From the NCBI GenBank assembly GCA_963796105.1, contig CAWCKJ010000003.1:854341-918340 (forward strand): a DNA stretch of 64,000 nt, in the 5' to 3' direction. Below are positions 37,788 through 46,946 of this stretch, piece by piece; positions within the stretch are counted from its first letter, which is position 1; each line of letters opens with the position of its first letter. This DNA is from a candidate division FCPU426 bacterium (GTDB taxonomy: Bacteria; Oederibacteriota; Muellerivitia; Muellerivitales; Muellerivitaceae). The translations under genes were made by a program, and so were the position numbers. Below the pieces are notes generated by a model. It made no database searches. It worked only from the letters and a program-made list of their open reading frames with translations, and had not been told where the DNA came from.

Positions 37788-39746
37788 TTATTCCTCAACC
37801 GAAAAAGCCATGTAGGTATGGGGCTGAACATGGACCAGGAAATTGCTCCTGGGAGGGCCCTGGGGACGGTCATGGAACCATTTGTTCCCGCCTTTGGGCT
37901 CGGGAGGAGGCGCCTGGGCCTCAACCATCTGGTTCGTCAGGAGATTCCTGAGCTTGACCTTTTCCCCCGCGACCTGGAGGGTGACCGTTGATTCATCGGG
38001 CCGGAAAGACTCCACCACGAAACTGTTGTTGTCATAGGCGAACAGGGCCACTTGCGCGGGCGAGTCCATGCGCACCGGAAAGTCCTGCTGGAGGTATCCC
38101 TTGATGGCGGTCAGGACGCCCCTGGGTATGTTGTACAAGTCGGAGATGTTTTCCGGGATCGTGATCTCGTAAAGGATACCCTTGGAATAGTGGTTCATGA
38201 GCACGATAGGATAGCCCTTGGCCGTGGCGACGCCCCGGATTATGGGCCACATGTCGTTGGTGAAAAAACGGATCTCCGGGAAAAGAATGGCGGGGTTGTC
38301 ACGCGCCGGGTCGTTGAGGCTGGTCCCGCTCCCCGCCCCGAAGCCGTTGATGAAATCATGGATGGACACGGTCCTTCCGGTGTATTCCATCTCGGCGATA
38401 TCCTCGATGCCCTTTAGCGCCCGGACCAGGCCCGATGTGACGAAAACATTCTTCCCCGCCTTCAGGCTTTTCTTGATCTTTCCTACGATGCCGGGATCGA
38501 ACTTGGCGCTTTCCGTGAGAAGGACCACGTCCGCGTCCTCCGGGTACTTGGGCGTCAGCTCAATGGGGATGCCGGCGTTCCCGAGGTAGCTGTGCAGGAA
38601 GTCCTCGCCCGTGGACTGGTACGGCTTGTAACACATGACGCCGATGGGTTTGCCGAGTTTTCCCAAAACCTCATCCACCTTTTCCAACGAATAGCCCGCG
38701 ACCCGGCCCCAGCCCGGGCCCACGGTCACGCCCTTCGAGGGCTTGTAGGACTTGATCATCTCGTCCCAATTGAAGCTCGTGTCCTTGCCCTTCCAGGCGT
38801 CCCGGTCCCCCGGCTGGACGGTCCAGGTGCCGGCCATTTCCCACCAGTTGAACAGGGTGATTTCCGGCGACTTGGCGAAGAGAGTGTCCCACAACTGCTC
38901 GGGGTACCTATCCACGTACCTGGTGCTGTAGGTGTCCACCCAGCCCCCCAAGTTCCCTCCGCCGGGGCGGATATTGCTGAAGTAGCGGAAAATCTCGTAG
39001 CTCTCGTACTGCTGGAGAAGCTGGTCCGTGACGTAGGGGTCCCGCGTCTCGGTGCCGGTGTAGATGTAATCGAAATCATGGGCTTCCTGGTCCAGGTCGT
39101 AGCCGAGTCCCTGGAAATGCTCGTACCAATTGGGGTACTTGATGATCATCTTGATCCTCGGGTTGATGGCCCTGGCGGGCTTGAGGACGAGATCACGGGC
39201 GGCTTTGCGCATCGTGTCGAGGCGGTACTTCGTCCAAGAGCGCTTGCCCTTGGCCGCGATATCCCGGTCGGACTTGCTGGTGTAAAAGAAGAAATCATCG
39301 AGGATGACCGTGTCGAAATGCCTGGCGGCGATCTGGACGGCCTTCTTGCACTCCGCCCGGTCCTCGGGCTTCTCAAAGTCGAAGGTCCCAAACTGCCCGC
39401 CCTTCCCGCCCCCGGCGGAAAGCGTGAGCCCGCCCCGGACGGTGATGCCCCGGTCCGTGAAGAATTTCTTGATCCCCTCGATCGTGGATTCGTCGGCGAA
39501 ATTCTTGTCCCGGTACACTTCCAGGTAAACCTGGTCGAACTTGACCCGGCTCATGACCCGGTCGAACTCTTCCCGCAAGACCTTCCCGTCGGCGAACCTT
39601 TGGGTGGCGTTGACCACGATGTAAACCGCCACTCGGAAATTCTTGTAGCGGCCCTCCTGGGCGCTTTCCCCGGCCTGCGACGCCAAGGGAAGCAGGAGGA
39701 TAAGCCAGAGTGCCATTCGAATCACCCGCAGGATCAAGCGCTTCAT
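37788..39746 (-). CDS. Secreted hypothetical protein, possibly glycoside-hydrolase-like
   Basis: Signal peptide; alpha/beta pattern with acidic motifs VILDDFFF, TGTETRD; family not recognised with certainty. Confidence 0.55.
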   Translation of the reverse strand: MKRLILRVIRMALWLILLLPLASQAGESAQEGRYKNFRVAVYIVVNATQRFADGKVLREEFDRVMSRVKFDQVYLEVYRDKNFADESTIEGIKKFFTDRGITVRGGLTLSAGGGKGGQFGTFDFEKPEDRAECKKAVQIAARHFDTVILDDFFFYTSKSDRDIAAKGKRSWTKYRLDTMRKAARDLVLKPARAINPRIKMIIKYPNWYEHFQGLGYDLDQEAHDFDYIYTGTETRDPYVTDQLLQQYESYEIFRYFSNIRPGGGNLGGWVDTYSTRYVDRYPEQLWDTLFAKSPEITLFNWWEMAGTWTVQPGDRDAWKGKDTSFNWDEMIKSYKPSKGVTVGPGWGRVAGYSLEKVDEVLGKLGKPIGVMCYKPYQSTGEDFLHSYLGNAGIPIELTPKYPEDADVVLLTESAKFDPGIVGKIKKSLKAGKNVFVTSGLVRALKGIEDIAEMEYTGRTVSIHDFINGFGAGSGTSLNDPARDNPAILFPEIRFFTNDMWPIIRGVATAKGYPIVLMNHYSKGILYEITIPENISDLYNIPRGVLTAIKGYLQQDFPVRMDSPAQVALFAYDNNSFVVESFRPDESTVTLQVAGEKVKLRNLLTNQMVEAQAPPPEPKGGNKWFHDRPQGPPRSNFLVHVQPHTYMAFSVEE

Positions 39747-39808
39747 AAAAACCCCCAAAACCAAGATTTCCCCTTTTCCATCACGCACCGCCGGCAATAG
39801 CCTACTAT

Positions 39809-40120
39809 TTATTTTTGTTCCAAACGCCCAAAAGCTTTCGCCGATAGAACCCCGATAAATAATAACCCGAACCCTGCCGTTCCCGCTTGGGCAAATTGCC
39901 GAATATCGAAATCGCCAACTTTGAAAATCAACAAGTAGGAAAAAACGAGGTTCAACATGCCCCAGAGAACATTGACCAAGGGTGAGGACAATCCTTTTCC
40001 GGGCGGTTTGGAGAAAGGCGTCGGGAATTTCCTGCCGGAAATCCCATTAACGAAATGGGGGACGCAATTCCCCAGAAATGCCCCGCCAAAAAAATAAGCA
40101 ACATAAACGTACCAAACCAT
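39809..40120 (-). CDS. Small 3-TM membrane protein
   Basis: GGAGG RBS; hydrophobic segments; NCVPHFVNGISGRKFPTPF. Confidence 0.7.
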   Translation of the reverse strand: MVWYVYVAYFFGGAFLGNCVPHFVNGISGRKFPTPFSKPPGKGLSSPLVNVLWGMLNLVFSYLLIFKVGDFDIRQFAQAGTAGFGLLFIGVLSAKAFGRLEQK

Positions 40121-40183
40121 ACACACCTCCTAAATGTTATTGATTAATAATGTCTCCGTCTCGGACAACTTTCTAAACTTCTC

Positions 40184-40333
40184 TTAAACCCGATCCCGCC
40201 GTCGCCGATCCCCGGCTTTTTCCTTGCCAGCCATCATGCGGGCTCCCCCGCACCGGGGGCATATGAACTTTCTCTGTTTATGGGCGGAATGGGCCATTTC
40301 CCTCATCTTGATCTTGCACTTTCTGCAGAACAT
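40184..40333 (-). CDS. 49-aa zinc-ribbon microprotein
   Basis: Not in ORF track; MFCRKCKIKM...FICPRCGG has two CxxC motifs; GGGGTG RBS. Confidence 0.6.
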   Translation of the reverse strand: MFCRKCKIKMREMAHSAHKQRKFICPRCGGARMMAGKEKAGDRRRRDRV

Positions 40334-40519
40334 GCTCTCACCCCGTCAAAAGTTCCTATAATTTCTTTTAAAAATATTAAATCTCCGTGTCCTTGGGATA
40401 AGGCCCGAGTTTGATTTCGGGAAATGAAATCAAAAGGTTTCTTTCAGGTAATGCGGATGTCAAACTAACTTATAACCCAAGGGTTAAAATTTTCCATCCA
40501 GCCAAAAGAACGAAAGTCT

Positions 40520-42628
40520 TTATTTAACACCCAGGCTTTTCTTGGCGTTCACAAACTCATCCTTGGACCAGACTTCCTGAACCCAATGGTTCCCGATTTT
40601 CCCCAGGGCTTTTCTGGCGTCTTTGGTTTTATTGTTTTGAACGTCCAAATAGGCCAATCGGTTCCAAATGTCCCAGTTATGCGGGTCCAGCTTTAAAAGC
40701 ATTTGGTAAGCGCCCAGCCTTTCCTTGACTACCTTGGGATCTTTCATAAAACCCTTGGAATCGGCGTCACTGCCAAGCCTGTTTTGTTCCGCCTCGGACA
40801 GCGCCAAGACCACATAGGGATAAAGGGCCCCCAATTCCTTTTCTTTTTTCGAGATCTTTTTGGCCAGGTCCAGGACCGGCTTGGTCTTTTCCGCCAATAC
40901 CGCCCAGGCGATATAAGACCGCCATTCGTTGAAGTCACCCGGCGTGATTTTAAGGTTATTCTCACAGCCCTTGGCGAAATCATCCCAGTATGGAGACCCT
41001 GCCAACTGGTTGCCGTTCTTTTCCCCAATCGGGTTTATTCCTTCCGCCGACAAGTCCCGGCTAAAGGACTGGAACGCCTCCACACAGGGAACGGTCATCA
41101 GGTTGGGGATTCTTTTCTTGAACTTTTTGGCGAAAGCGAACATTTCCTGCTGGGAACCGTTCCACTTCGGATTCAGGTAATCCATATAGGAATAGAAAGC
41201 CTCATTATCGTTGGGATCCAGCCGGAGAACCTTCTCGAAATAACCCCTCATGGTTTCCTGGTTGATTCCCGCCGCGTTTCCATAGGCCATCAATTCTCCC
41301 CAGGCCCTGCCGTAAAGAGGAGCCAGGTCCGCGGCTTTCTGGGCGGCTTTCAGGCCCTCCTCGACGCGTTCCCTGAACACCTTGGAGACTTCGGGGGACA
41401 TGCTCTTTGACCAATCCCCTCCCCTACCCCTCCAGGCCCAGTAATGCGTATGCTTGGCCAGCCTGATCCAGGCGTTGGGATTGTCCGGGTGAGACTGGGT
41501 CCAGTTTTTCAACAGCGCGACGGCCTCCTCGTAAAAACCCTTTCCCTCCAATGCGAAAGCGGCGATATCGTACCAATCGGGATTGTTATTGTCCTTGGTC
41601 AACTCCCGAAAGGCGATTTTGAGGGCCTCATCGTATTTTTTCAGGGCGTAAAGCTCGACTGCCTCAACGGATTCATAAAAGGAATTTTCAGGGTATTTGG
41701 CCGCGAGTTTCTCGATCAGGTCCAGATGGTTGGTCTGCTCCCTTCCATCTAATACTCCGATCCATCCGTCAACCAGATAACCGCAGAGGGGGTTCTTGGC
41801 GAGGATCTTGTCCCACTGGTTCACAAACAAAACTCCACCCTGCCTGAACAGGCTCTCGAGGGAAGCCGCCCGCGTCAAATCCTTGTCATTGGTAAAAACC
41901 TTTTTTTTCAGGTAAGCCGCCTGGGCGGCGGCAGGCTTGTAGCCGGCCCAGCGGTGAAGGCAGGATGCCATCCAGGCCGGTGCCAAGTGAAGCTGGCCGT
42001 TAGTGAATTTTTTCTCGAATTTCCTGGTTTGACGCGCGCCGGTGAACTGAAGGGTAATCTTGTAACCCGTCTTGGACCGGAATAATTTGCCCCTCGCGTA
42101 ATCCCTGGTCCCGAATAAATAGGGCAGTTGTTTGGAAAACTGCTCATGGTATTGGCCGAGGCTAGAGTCGAACAGCCTGAAATCGTGGAAAAGCTGGTTT
42201 GGGTTGGGCAGGCAGAAAACCGCTTGGGGCAGAAAGGACGCCTGGTTCATGGCCAGACAGCTCAAGTAACTGCCAAGGGCGTTGATCCGGCCCTTCTCAT
42301 CCACGAGGGGGAAAATCAAGGGGCATGCCGGAAGGGATTTCCCGCTCACCCGGAGATTCTCGATCATTTGGAGCGCTTCTTTGCGGGGGTCCTGTTGCTC
42401 GGCTGATTTTTCCCCCTCCTTGTTCTTAAGCACCGATTCTTTGACCCGGCCTTTTACCGCTTTCTTGATTTCCTGTTCTTTTCGTTTGACGGCCGATAAG
42501 ATTTCAGCGGCTTTTTTCTTGGTTCGAATTTGCTTGTAATCCATATAACCCAGGACGCCGGCCATGAGAAACATGGCTATACCCGCGGCGATTGAAATCC
42601 GCTCCCAATTCATCCCTCTAAGGCTCAT
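40520..42628 (-). CDS. Membrane-anchored TPR protein with a DUF4034-like segment
   Basis: N-terminal TM; AWRGRGGDW...FRERV; YLNPKWNGS; TPR helices. Confidence 0.7.
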   Translation of the reverse strand: MSLRGMNWERISIAAGIAMFLMAGVLGYMDYKQIRTKKKAAEILSAVKRKEQEIKKAVKGRVKESVLKNKEGEKSAEQQDPRKEALQMIENLRVSGKSLPACPLIFPLVDEKGRINALGSYLSCLAMNQASFLPQAVFCLPNPNQLFHDFRLFDSSLGQYHEQFSKQLPYLFGTRDYARGKLFRSKTGYKITLQFTGARQTRKFEKKFTNGQLHLAPAWMASCLHRWAGYKPAAAQAAYLKKKVFTNDKDLTRAASLESLFRQGGVLFVNQWDKILAKNPLCGYLVDGWIGVLDGREQTNHLDLIEKLAAKYPENSFYESVEAVELYALKKYDEALKIAFRELTKDNNNPDWYDIAAFALEGKGFYEEAVALLKNWTQSHPDNPNAWIRLAKHTHYWAWRGRGGDWSKSMSPEVSKVFRERVEEGLKAAQKAADLAPLYGRAWGELMAYGNAAGINQETMRGYFEKVLRLDPNDNEAFYSYMDYLNPKWNGSQQEMFAFAKKFKKRIPNLMTVPCVEAFQSFSRDLSAEGINPIGEKNGNQLAGSPYWDDFAKGCENNLKITPGDFNEWRSYIAWAVLAEKTKPVLDLAKKISKKEKELGALYPYVVLALSEAEQNRLGSDADSKGFMKDPKVVKERLGAYQMLLKLDPHNWDIWNRLAYLDVQNNKTKDARKALGKIGNHWVQEVWSKDEFVNAKKSLGVK

Positions 42629-42787
42629 AATCCCCCCGATGATAAGACCGCAGTTAACCCCGGCTAAAATTCTCTCAAATACCGGCACAAATCAGGAATA
42701 AATTCGTAGGAATTTTTCCCTTTATAAAATAGGCTTTTTAATGGAGCATTTCCCGATTTCCCCCGCTTCACCCGCAATCCAGAAAAA

Positions 42788-43423
42788 CTAATGAAGATGT
42801 CTTTTCTTTTTCTCCGGAAGGATGTTCATGACCTCCTCAAACTCCGCTTCACTCAGGTAGCGCCAGGAACCCGGCTCGAGATCCAGTTGGATGGGCCCCA
42901 GGGAAACCCGGCTCAATTCCAAGACCCTGAAAAACCTGTTTCTTTTTTCGTCCTTAAGGCACCCGAAGATCCTCCGGATTTGGCGGTTCTTCCCCTCGCT
43001 CAAAACCACCCTCACGAGCGTATTGGGCCCGACCTTGCCCAGGACCACTGCGGACTTGGCTCTGAGAACGCCGATCGGGGTCTCGACACCCATCAAAACT
43101 TTTTCCAAATGCTCCGGGCGGATATGGCCCTTGACCCAAACCTCATAGACCTTCTCGATATTGCCCGGAAGCTGCAAACGCTGGGTTAAGAAACCTTCCC
43201 TCACAAACAACAGCAGTCCCGAGGAATCCTTGTCCAGGCGGCCCACCGGAACCCAGCCCTGTCCGTAAAGTTCCTCCGGGAGGAGGGAATAGACGGTCCT
43301 CTGTCCCCGATACCTCACGCTGCCGTATGCCTTGGGGCGGGTGACCTCGTACCCCTTGGGTTTATGGAGCATGAGGATGCGTCTTGCTGAATTTTGAGTT
43401 TCAATTCCAGATTTCAAAACCAT
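42788..43423 (-). CDS. RsuA/RluB/RluE-family pseudouridine synthase lacking an S4 domain
   Basis: HKPKGY, PVGRLDKDSSGLLL, EGKNRQIRR; start uncertain. Confidence 0.88.
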   Translation of the reverse strand: MVLKSGIETQNSARRILMLHKPKGYEVTRPKAYGSVRYRGQRTVYSLLPEELYGQGWVPVGRLDKDSSGLLLFVREGFLTQRLQLPGNIEKVYEVWVKGHIRPEHLEKVLMGVETPIGVLRAKSAVVLGKVGPNTLVRVVLSEGKNRQIRRIFGCLKDEKRNRFFRVLELSRVSLGPIQLDLEPGSWRYLSEAEFEEVMNILPEKKKRHLH

Positions 43424-43533
43424 CCTCCGGCGGAAAAAATGAAAAAATTTCCAGAATCGGAAGCGCCCTGATTTTGTTGGGCATGATTGTATAAAAAGGG
43501 GCTTTCTGCCGGTATTCAAAGGACGAGATTGGG

Positions 43534-44520
43534 TCAGGCCGAGTCCCGGATAATCAAGTGGGTCTTTAACTGCAGGGTACTGCAGATTTTCTCCTCGCCC
43601 CGGACCCTTTGCATGAGTTTGTGGACGGCTTGGCTTCCCAGCTCGAAAAGGTTGTAGCCGACGGTGGTCAAAGCGGGCCTGACAAAAGCCGCCATCTCGA
43701 TGTCGTCGAAACCCATAACCGCGAACGCCTTCTCGCGTTTCTCGGTCTCAAGAACCTTGAGTACCCCGATGGCCATGGCGTCGTTGGCGGCGAAAACCGC
43801 GGTCGGCGGGTAAGGCATAGAAAGAAATTTTCTGGCCGCTTCCTCGCCGGAGGGAATGGTGTAATTCCCTTGCAAAACAAGGCTCGGCTCCGGCCTGATA
43901 CCGGCATCCCGTAGCGCCTGTTCATAGCCCTTCTGCCGGTCTTGCGAATCGCTGAGCTGGGTCCAGCCCGTGATGAAGCCGATCCTTCGGTGCCCTTTTC
44001 CGATCAGGTAATCCACGGCCTGCTTGGCGCCGTTGAAATTGTCGATAATGACGGAGGAAACCAGGTTCTCGAACCTCCGCTCGCTCGCCACCACCAAGGG
44101 GAAATCCTTCTGGGCCATCGTCCGGATGAGGCTTTCCATCGAAAGGGTGGGAAGGAAGAATAAAAGGCCGTCCACAACGGGGGGATCGGTCAAGGCGCGG
44201 ATGGCCTCCCGGTTGTCGGAATCATCGGTGGAAAAAACACCCAGGGTGATCAGTTTTCCATGACGGCGGGCCTCATCCTCCATGCCTGTGAGGACCGCGG
44301 CCACGAAGGGATTCAGCGAGGGGGTCACCACCCCCAGGAAACCCGTGGTGTGGGACGCGAGGCCCCGGGCGAAGCGGTGCGGCCGGTATTGGAGCTTCTC
44401 CATGACCTGCTTCACCTTATGCTCGGTCTCAGCCTTTACCCCTAGGCCGTTCAAGACGCGGGAAACCGTCGCCTTGGACACACCCGCCATCTCAGCCACC
44501 TGCTGCATTGTTACGCCCAT
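43534..44520 (-). CDS. LacI family transcriptional regulator
   Basis: TMQQVAEMAGVSKATVSRVLN HTH; PTAVFAANDAMAIG; GFDD. Confidence 0.95.
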   Translation of the reverse strand: MGVTMQQVAEMAGVSKATVSRVLNGLGVKAETEHKVKQVMEKLQYRPHRFARGLASHTTGFLGVVTPSLNPFVAAVLTGMEDEARRHGKLITLGVFSTDDSDNREAIRALTDPPVVDGLLFFLPTLSMESLIRTMAQKDFPLVVASERRFENLVSSVIIDNFNGAKQAVDYLIGKGHRRIGFITGWTQLSDSQDRQKGYEQALRDAGIRPEPSLVLQGNYTIPSGEEAARKFLSMPYPPTAVFAANDAMAIGVLKVLETEKREKAFAVMGFDDIEMAAFVRPALTTVGYNLFELGSQAVHKLMQRVRGEEKICSTLQLKTHLIIRDSA

Positions 44521-44628
44521 GTTTCCTCCTGGGGAAATTGTAAACGAAACACTCCCATAATGGGGATTTTGATTTGTAATTCCTTCTGGTTTTCCAATGG
44601 ATGTTTTTATGTGTATAGTTGTCCGTAA

Positions 44629-46791
44629 ATGACATTCTTTTTAACCAAACCTATCCCATGCTTCTTACTTTTAACGGGGATTAATACCCTGCTGGCCTAT
44701 AGTTCCCTTCCCTGGCCAATGAAACTCATCGCGGGCCTGCTGGGTTTTGGAACCTTTGGTTATTTTTACTTGAGAAACCGGAGTCCCCTCCCTCCTGGTG
44801 AAACCCCTTTTTACTCGAAGGAATTTTTTAGCCCCGCCCCCTGGTTGTGGGTCCTGGTACTCTTCCTGGCACTTGCTGTCCGCCTTTATAAATTAACTTC
44901 TTATCTAACCTTCCCGATACCAGATGAAGTCATTAACGCTTACAACGCCATCCACATCCTCGGCCGGGGAAATTGGCAGGCTTTTTACTACACCAGCCAA
45001 ATGCCCCCTTTTTATATCTGGCTGTTGGCCTGTGTTTTTAAGCTCTGGGGCGTCTCCGACCTCAGCCTTTGGCTTTTACCCGCCCTGCTTTCTTTCCTCA
45101 GTGTGGTCTTTTTTTTAATGGCTTTCAGGGAAATGTTTTCCAAGTCGGTATCCCTCATATGCCTACTCCTATTGGCCTTCGGCTTTTGGCCGGTTTTTCT
45201 GGGCCGATTCTCCCACAACGCAGTGCTCATGGTTTTCTGGGAAGCGCTGGCCTTATGGCTTCTGGCTAAACTCTCAAAGGCGGATACCTCCCTCGCGCGC
45301 GCATGGCTCGCAGCCGCGCTTGGCCTCTGTCTGGGTTTGGGGTTTTATACCTATTTCGGATGGCCCCTAATCGTTCTATGGTTCGTTCCCGCGGTATGGT
45401 TTATTCGCGGCCCCTCCCCCAAAGTTAAAAATCTTTTCATCCCGGGCTTGTCGGCTTTTCTCCTGGCTGTTTTACCGCTGGGCGTCGCGGGGTACAAGGA
45501 AGGCTTCGGTTCCTATTTGAAGGATCTGTTTCTTTCAAGTAACATCGCCTCGAATATCGTCAACTGGAGCATCAACCAGTGGGATTTTCGGCAAAACCTT
45601 TATTATCTCACCAACTTTCTCTGGACAGGCCTCACCGGGCAATTCGCCTATAACCCCCAATGGGGCGGATTTTTAAACCCCGTCTCAGGGAGCCTTTTTC
45701 TCCTGGGCGCGAGCGAGATGTTCCGCCTGCGTAAATTTCCTTTGGTGAAGTGGATGGCCGCCGGTTTCCTGGTGCTTTTGTTTCCTTGTCTCCTTACCAA
45801 CAGCGCCAATTGGTACCATGTGGCCTCCTTGATGCCTCTTTTCACAGTCGTCTCGGCCTGGGGATTCGTCCTCCTTTGGAGCAGGATTCCCAAAAAATCC
45901 GCGCGTGTTTTCCTTTTCCTGGCAGTAATCCTTTTTTCTTTCCTCCTGGATGGGGCCAACCTGGAAAAAACCATGGCCGCGGCTGACAGGCAATACAGCA
46001 ATCCCACCGTATGGACCTGCGAAAATCTCCGGAAGCTTTCAAAAACCCACGGCCCTGGCTGTGTTTACTCCGACTTCTGCCTTTCCTTCAACAATCCCGA
46101 TTTTACCCATACATATGACGGCTCCAACAGGATGACCGCCACTTTTTTCACCAGCCATTGGTTTCCATGCTTCTTGAACCTGGGGGCCTATTCCTTCAAC
46201 GCCCTAGTGAACCCGGCGCTTTCTCCGGATCAAGCTTCCTGGGCTTCGATCATCACCGACGACTGGGCCAAAACCCTATTGACCCAGAGCTTCCCCGGCG
46301 CGGCTTTTTACACATTGGATGACCACGCCGCTTCGGACAATAATCTCCTGGCCGTCATTCCCCTCACGCCGGACACCCGTAAAATCCTGGATGGATGGCG
46401 GGAGGCTGACCGGACCCTGCGGGAGTCGGATTACCTGCAATTCAACCACCCTTACAGCCAGCCTTACGACGGCATCATTCAATATCTCCGGAACCGGGAA
46501 TCCCTTTTCCGGGGCAATGCCTTCCTGCGGTTTTATTATTGGGGCAAGCTCGCAGACCTCTATTGCTTCAACAACCAATTCGACCTGGCGCTTCCGGCCT
46601 TTGAGAAAGCCCTCCAAAACGGCGCCAACGGCTTTTTGTATTACGACTTGGCGCACGCCCTGGGAATTGCCGGACTCTACGCGAAGGCGAAAGAGGCATC
46701 GCTTAACGCGGCGAAATGGGAATCCCGCTTCCAGCCCGCCCCTGAAACCCTGCAAAAGCTGGATGCCTTGATTGGCGCCAAAAAGGAATAA
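44629..46791 (+). CDS. GT-C fold glycosyltransferase (PMT/ArnT-like) with C-terminal TPR
   Basis: LAVRLYKL...PDE acidic loop motif, PPFYIWL, many TM helices, GFYTY, terminal TPRs. Confidence 0.75.
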   Translation: MTFFLTKPIPCFLLLTGINTLLAYSSLPWPMKLIAGLLGFGTFGYFYLRNRSPLPPGETPFYSKEFFSPAPWLWVLVLFLALAVRLYKLTSYLTFPIPDEVINAYNAIHILGRGNWQAFYYTSQMPPFYIWLLACVFKLWGVSDLSLWLLPALLSFLSVVFFLMAFREMFSKSVSLICLLLLAFGFWPVFLGRFSHNAVLMVFWEALALWLLAKLSKADTSLARAWLAAALGLCLGLGFYTYFGWPLIVLWFVPAVWFIRGPSPKVKNLFIPGLSAFLLAVLPLGVAGYKEGFGSYLKDLFLSSNIASNIVNWSINQWDFRQNLYYLTNFLWTGLTGQFAYNPQWGGFLNPVSGSLFLLGASEMFRLRKFPLVKWMAAGFLVLLFPCLLTNSANWYHVASLMPLFTVVSAWGFVLLWSRIPKKSARVFLFLAVILFSFLLDGANLEKTMAAADRQYSNPTVWTCENLRKLSKTHGPGCVYSDFCLSFNNPDFTHTYDGSNRMTATFFTSHWFPCFLNLGAYSFNALVNPALSPDQASWASIITDDWAKTLLTQSFPGAAFYTLDDHAASDNNLLAVIPLTPDTRKILDGWREADRTLRESDYLQFNHPYSQPYDGIIQYLRNRESLFRGNAFLRFYYWGKLADLYCFNNQFDLALPAFEKALQNGANGFLYYDLAHALGIAGLYAKAKEASLNAAKWESRFQPAPETLQKLDALIGAKKE

Positions 46792-46946
46792 TCACGTGAA
46801 AATGAAGAAATAATCCCCCGGCCTATTTCAGTGGATTTCCCGTTCATAACCGGCTTATTCGATCTTTCATCTTCGGATCCCCGCGCCCAACTAATCGTTT
46901 TATGCCCAGGATGACACAAACATACTTGTTCCCGTAAAATAGAGCC

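Noticed and set aside
38592..39800. 402-aa plus-strand ORF (similarly 54724..55590, 56195..57001, 57375..58457)
   Set aside because: Antisense frames of well-supported GC-rich genes
44538..44551. TTGTAAACGAAACA as a LacI-family operator
   Set aside because: Only one half-site matches the palindrome; not enough to call
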